Below are positions 60,089 to 64,000 of a stretch of DNA of 64,000 nucleotides, one piece after another. How positions within the stretch are numbered: position 1 is the stretch's first letter; every line of letters starts with the position of its first letter. The notes under the pieces were generated by a model. That model ran no database searches, was not told the DNA's origin, and saw nothing but the letters and a program-made list of their open reading frames with translations. A program made the translations under genes and the position numbers. The stretch spans positions 672,001 through 736,000 of the forward strand of contig OZ219787.1 in NCBI GenBank assembly GCA_964291285.2. Direction: 5' to 3'. Source of the DNA: Alphaproteobacteria bacterium (lineage in GTDB: Bacteria; Pseudomonadota; Alphaproteobacteria; Bin95).

Positions 60089-61724
60089 CTGTTTCCCGAG
60101 GACCGGGAGGCGCCGGCGCTGACTTGCGAAGTGGTGAAGATCGACCTCTCGCAGGTGGCGCTTCACGACCCGCGCCAGTGGGGGGCGTGCTGGCTGGCGC
60201 TGTCCTTGTGGGACCGCCTGGACCTGGACCGCTTCTGGGAAGAGCGGCTGCCGGCGAGCCGGCAAGGCACGCGGTGGCTGGACATCCTGAAGATCCAGGT
60301 CTGCTACCGGCTGATCGACCCGGGCAGCGAGTGGCGCCTTCACCGTCACTGGTATGAGCACAGCGCGCTTCGCGATCTTCTGGGTGGCGAGCGGGCGATC
60401 GCCGACGACACACTCTATCGCTGTCTCGACAAGCTGCTGGCGCACAAGCAGGGCTTCTTCTCGTTTCTGCGCGACCGCTGGGCGACGCTGTTCGAGGCGC
60501 GCTTCGACGTGCTGCTCTACGACCTGACCTCGACCTACTTCGAGAGCGATCCGCCGTTCGATGACAAGCGCCGCTTCGGCTACAGCCGGGACAAGCGGCC
60601 CGACTGCGTGCAGGTGGTGATCGCCCTGATCGTTACGCCGCAGGGCTTTCCGCTGGCCTATGAGGTGATGCCGGGCAACACCTCCGACGACACCACGCTG
60701 GCGGCGTTCCTCAAGAAGATCGAGGATCAGTATGGCCGCTCCGAGCGGGTGTGGATCATGGACCGCGGCATCCCCACCGAGGAGACGCTGGCCGCGATGC
60801 GCGAGGGCGAGGCGCCGGTGCGCTACCTGGTGGGCACGCCCAAGGGCCGGCTGACGCGGCTCGAGAAGGTGTTCCTGGGCCTGCCCTGGCAGGAGGTGCG
60901 CCAGTCCGTGACTGTCAAGCTTCTGGTCGAGGATGGCGAGCTCTACGTCCTGGTGCGCAGCGAGGGGCGGCAGGTGAAGGAACGCGGCATGCGCCGGCGC
61001 CGGCTGAAGAGGCTGTGGCGTCGATTGGCCGAGTTGCAAGGGCAGTCGAACAGCCGGGATCAGTTGTTGCTCAAGCTCGGCGCCGCCAGGAAGGAGGCCG
61101 GCCGGGCCTGGAGCCTGGTCGACATCACCGTGCCCGGGACCGACAGCGAACTCGCCGCCAACGGCTTCTCATTCCGCCTGCAGCGCGACCGGCTGCGCCA
61201 GGTCCGCCGCCGCGAGGGCCGTTACCTGCTGCGATCCAACATGGTCGCCGAAGACCCCGCCACGCTGTGGCATCTGTACATGCAGCTCGTCGAGATCGAG
61301 CAGGCGTTCAAGGAACTCAAGCACGACCTCGCGATCCGCCCCATCTTCCATCAGCGCCAAGAGCGCATCGAGGCGCATATCTTCGTCTCGTTCATCGCCT
61401 ACTGCCTGCTGGTGACCCTGAAGAACCTCGCCCGGCCGCGCGCCCCGGGCCTCACCCCACGCGCCATCCTTGAGGCCTTCGCCACCATCCAGATGGTGGA
61501 CGTCCATCTGCCAACCACCGACGGCCGGCACCTCGTCCTGCCGCGCCACACCCGGCCGAACAAGGAGCACGAGCTACTGCTGCAACAGCTCGGCATGACC
61601 TGGCCGCAGCAACCCGCACCCCGGATCTCCGCCTGACGGCACACGGCGCCGCCTCTCCGTTCGCCGCCTTGTAGTGCCGACCCTCGGGGAGACGATCAAG
61701 GCTATTCAATGAGTTAGCATCCTC

Positions 61725-63278
61725 ATGACCCCCGAGTTGCGGAAGTCGGGCTATGACTGCGCCGAGCCCGGGGTGATCTTCATCGACCGGATCAACGCCA
61801 CGAACAATCTCCGGCACTGCGAGACGATCTACGCGACCAACCCCTGCGGCGAGCAGCCCCTGCCGGACTGGGGCTCGTGCCTGCTGGGCTCGATCAATCT
61901 GGCCGCCTTCGTCAACGCGCCCTTCGAGGACGGCACCCATATCAACGAAGCCGACCTCGCCTGGACGGTCGCCACGGCCGTCCGGATGCTCGACCGCGTT
62001 GTCGACCGGTCCTTCTATCCCCTCGAGCAGCAACGCGAGGAAGCCTTGTCCAAGCGCCGCCTCGGCCTCGGCATCACCGGCCTGGCCGACGCGCTCGCGT
62101 TCATGGGCATCCGCTACGGCTCGGATCTCGCCGTTGAACGCACCCGGGACCTCGTCTCCATGCTGCAGACGGCCGCATACCGCGCCAGCGCCGTCCTCGC
62201 CGGTGAAACGGAGCCCTATCCCTTATGGGACCTCGAGCGATTCCTGCAGACGGACACCGCGCAGCAGCTCGACGCGCAGACGCTGGACTTCATCCGGAGC
62301 AACGGCCTTCGCAACTCGCACCTCACCTCGGTCGCGCCGACCGGCACCATCTCGCTGATCGCGGGCAATGTTTCCGGCGGGATCGAGCCCGTCTTCGCGC
62401 ACAGCTACACGCGCCGGGTCCTGCAACCGGACGACAGCCACACCGAAGAGCAGGTCCTTTCGGCCTCGATGGCGCTCTGGCGCCGGATGAAGGGCGACGA
62501 GCCGCCTCCGGACCATTTCGTCAACGCCGGCACGATCACACCCAAGGAGCACATCCGGATGCAGGCCGCGGCGCAGGCCCATATCGACAGCGCCGTCTCC
62601 AAGACCGTGAACCTGCCCAGGGACATCTCCTTCGACGACTTCAAGGAAGTCTACCGCCTCGCCTATGTGTCCGGCTGCAAGGGCTGCACCACCTACCGGC
62701 CGAACGACATCACCGGCGCGGTCCTGGTCGCGGACGGCGACAGGCAGGACGGGCCAACCCCGACGATCATGGACCGGCCGCCGGTCCTGGACGGCCAGAC
62801 CCGCAAGGTCAGCTGGCCCGGAAGCGAGCACGCCTTCTACCTGGTCCTGAACCACTCGCAGGATGCGGACGGCACGAAGCGCCCCTTCGAGATCTTCATC
62901 AACACGAAGGACGCCCGCCACCATGCCTGGATCACCGCCATCACGCGGATGATCTCGGCCGTCTGGCGCCGGCAGGGCGATGTCGGCTTCGTTTCCGAGG
63001 AGCTGATGGCCATAGCGGACCCGAACGACGGCCAGTGGGTCCGGGGCCGCGGCTGGGTTTCCTCCCTGATCGCGCTGATCGGCATGGAGATCCGCGACTG
63101 GATGGTCGAGCTCGGCCATATCGATCCGGACGAGCCCCTGCCGCCGATCAAAGCCGGACCGGCGCCCGGCACCGAACGTCCCGCCGGCCCGGTCTGCCCC
63201 AAGTGCCACCAGCCCGGGATGATCCACCAGGAAGGCTGCGACGTCTGCCCGTCCTGCGGCCATTCGAAGTGCGGCTGA
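61725..63278 (+). CDS. nrdJ: Class II ribonucleotide reductase, C-terminal fragment with IS-derived start
   Basis: [43 protein letters not shown], terminal [14 protein letters not shown]; first 9 codons lie in the IS right end. Confidence 0.9.
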   Translation: MTPELRKSGYDCAEPGVIFIDRINATNNLRHCETIYATNPCGEQPLPDWGSCLLGSINLAAFVNAPFEDGTHINEADLAWTVATAVRMLDRVVDRSFYPLEQQREEALSKRRLGLGITGLADALAFMGIRYGSDLAVERTRDLVSMLQTAAYRASAVLAGETEPYPLWDLERFLQTDTAQQLDAQTLDFIRSNGLRNSHLTSVAPTGTISLIAGNVSGGIEPVFAHSYTRRVLQPDDSHTEEQVLSASMALWRRMKGDEPPPDHFVNAGTITPKEHIRMQAAAQAHIDSAVSKTVNLPRDISFDDFKEVYRLAYVSGCKGCTTYRPNDITGAVLVADGDRQDGPTPTIMDRPPVLDGQTRKVSWPGSEHAFYLVLNHSQDADGTKRPFEIFINTKDARHHAWITAITRMISAVWRRQGDVGFVSEELMAIADPNDGQWVRGRGWVSSLIALIGMEIRDWMVELGHIDPDEPLPPIKAGPAPGTERPAGPVCPKCHQPGMIHQEGCDVCPSCGHSKCG

Positions 63279-63326
63279 CCGCGTCCCCCGACGACGGGCG
63301 GCAGCCCTACAGGAGTTAACGATCCC

Positions 63327-64000
63327 ATGACATCCTTGCCCCGACATCTCCCATCCATCCTGGCCGCTACCGCACTGCTTGCCTTCGCTCTGCCGGCGCA
63401 AGCCGAAACACTGTCCGGCCAGGCCCGCGTTATCGATGGCGATACCTTCGCCGTGGCCGGCGAGCAAATCCGGCTCGACGGCATCGACGCCCCGGAGACC
63501 AGGCAGACCTGCACCCGCGACGGCCACCCCTGGGCATGCGGCAGGGCCGCCACACAGGCCATGCGCCAGCTCATCGGCCGGACCCCTGTCCGCTGCGAAG
63601 TGAGCGGCAGGGACAAGTACGGCCGCGCGATCGCCGCCTGCTTCGCAGCCGGCCGGGACCTGCAACAGCAGCTGGTCCGGCAGGGCCTTGCACTCGCCTA
63701 TCGGAAATACTCCACACGCTACGTACCGGACGAGGAGGCGGCCCGGGCCGAAGGAGTCGGCCTCTGGTCCGGAGAGTTCACCGCGCCCTCGGACTGGCGG
63801 AAGCAAAACCGAAATCGCCAGGCGAAGATACACCGGCGCCCGGGAGCGAACTCTTCTTCCCGCGCCGGCTCCCCCTGCCGCATCAAGGGCAATATCAGCA
63901 ACGCCGGCCGCATCTACCATGTCCCCGGAGGCAGGCACTACGAGCAGACCCGGATCAACACCTCCAAGGGCGAACGCTGGTTCTGCAGCGAGGCCGAGGC
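63327..64000 (+). CDS. Secreted thermonuclease (SNase-like), runs off window end
   Basis: AGGAG SD, signal peptide ending AQA; VIDGDT, IRLDGIDAPE, DKYGR, CRIKGNIS..IYHVPG..RWFCSEAEA. Confidence 0.88.
   Translation, partial: MTSLPRHLPSILAATALLAFALPAQAETLSGQARVIDGDTFAVAGEQIRLDGIDAPETRQTCTRDGHPWACGRAATQAMRQLIGRTPVRCEVSGRDKYGRAIAACFAAGRDLQQQLVRQGLALAYRKYSTRYVPDEEAARAEGVGLWSGEFTAPSDWRKQNRNRQAKIHRRPGANSSSRAGSPCRIKGNISNAGRIYHVPGGRHYEQTRINTSKGERWFCSEAE

Larger units (their letters stand above)
58427..61636 (+). pseudogene. IS1634 transposase split after codon 70 by IS256
   Basis: 5' part 58427-58636; the 3' ORF 60131-61636 matches the copy-1 translation. Confidence 0.88.
58276..61750 (+). mobile_element. 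IS1634-family element, second copy, inserted in nrdJ and interrupted by IS256
   Basis: Same 19-bp IRs; CTAT duplication at 58272-58275 and 61751-61754; 3475 - 1452 - 9 = 2014 bp, equal to copy 1. Confidence 0.93.
48841..64000. mobile_element. Integrated RepC/ParAB plasmid-like element (right end outside window)
   Basis: Truncated host gene at left edge; repC, parA, parB-like genes, nrdJ, nucleases; visible change in composition. Confidence 0.75.

Noticed and set aside
58276-61750. Insertion in nrdJ as an intein, group I/II intron or IStron
   Set aside because: Terminal IRs, target duplication and a DDE transposase define a plain IS; the non-coding ends are too short for a ribozyme and there are no intein motifs

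Overview
GC-rich alphaproteobacterial chromosome segment; the tRNA-His with G-1/C73 and the gene context suggest a Rhodospirillales-like lineage. Bases ~1-48,600 are mostly housekeeping and catabolic genes: cysQ, sua5/tsaC, asd, fur, secB, fabI, aroC, leuS-lptE-holA, tpiA, nnr, glnB-glnA, two tRNAs, and many LLM/SDR/CoA enzymes. Two unusual things stand out. (1) A mostly non-coding element occurs twice, at ~11.6-14.1 kb (interrupted by an IS1634-family element) and at ~36.9-37.7 kb. Both copies have a conserved leftward promoter, conserved GC-rich blocks, an SD followed by a variable ORF, and a 10-bp-phased TGTCATG array. (2) From ~48,840 to the window end lies an integrated plasmid-like element that truncates a host dehydratase gene. 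It carries a candidate antisense ctRNA, repC, a shortened repC paralogue, parA, three ParB-like paralogues, tandem palindromic sites, an orphan Xre antitoxin, a Uma2 nuclease, a class II ribonucleotide reductase and a secreted thermonuclease. The nrdJ gene is split by a second IS1634 copy, itself interrupted by an IS256 element, and the IS right end supplies an in-frame ATG to the catalytic C-terminal half. All calls come from reading the sequence and recognising motifs by eye; no database searches were run.
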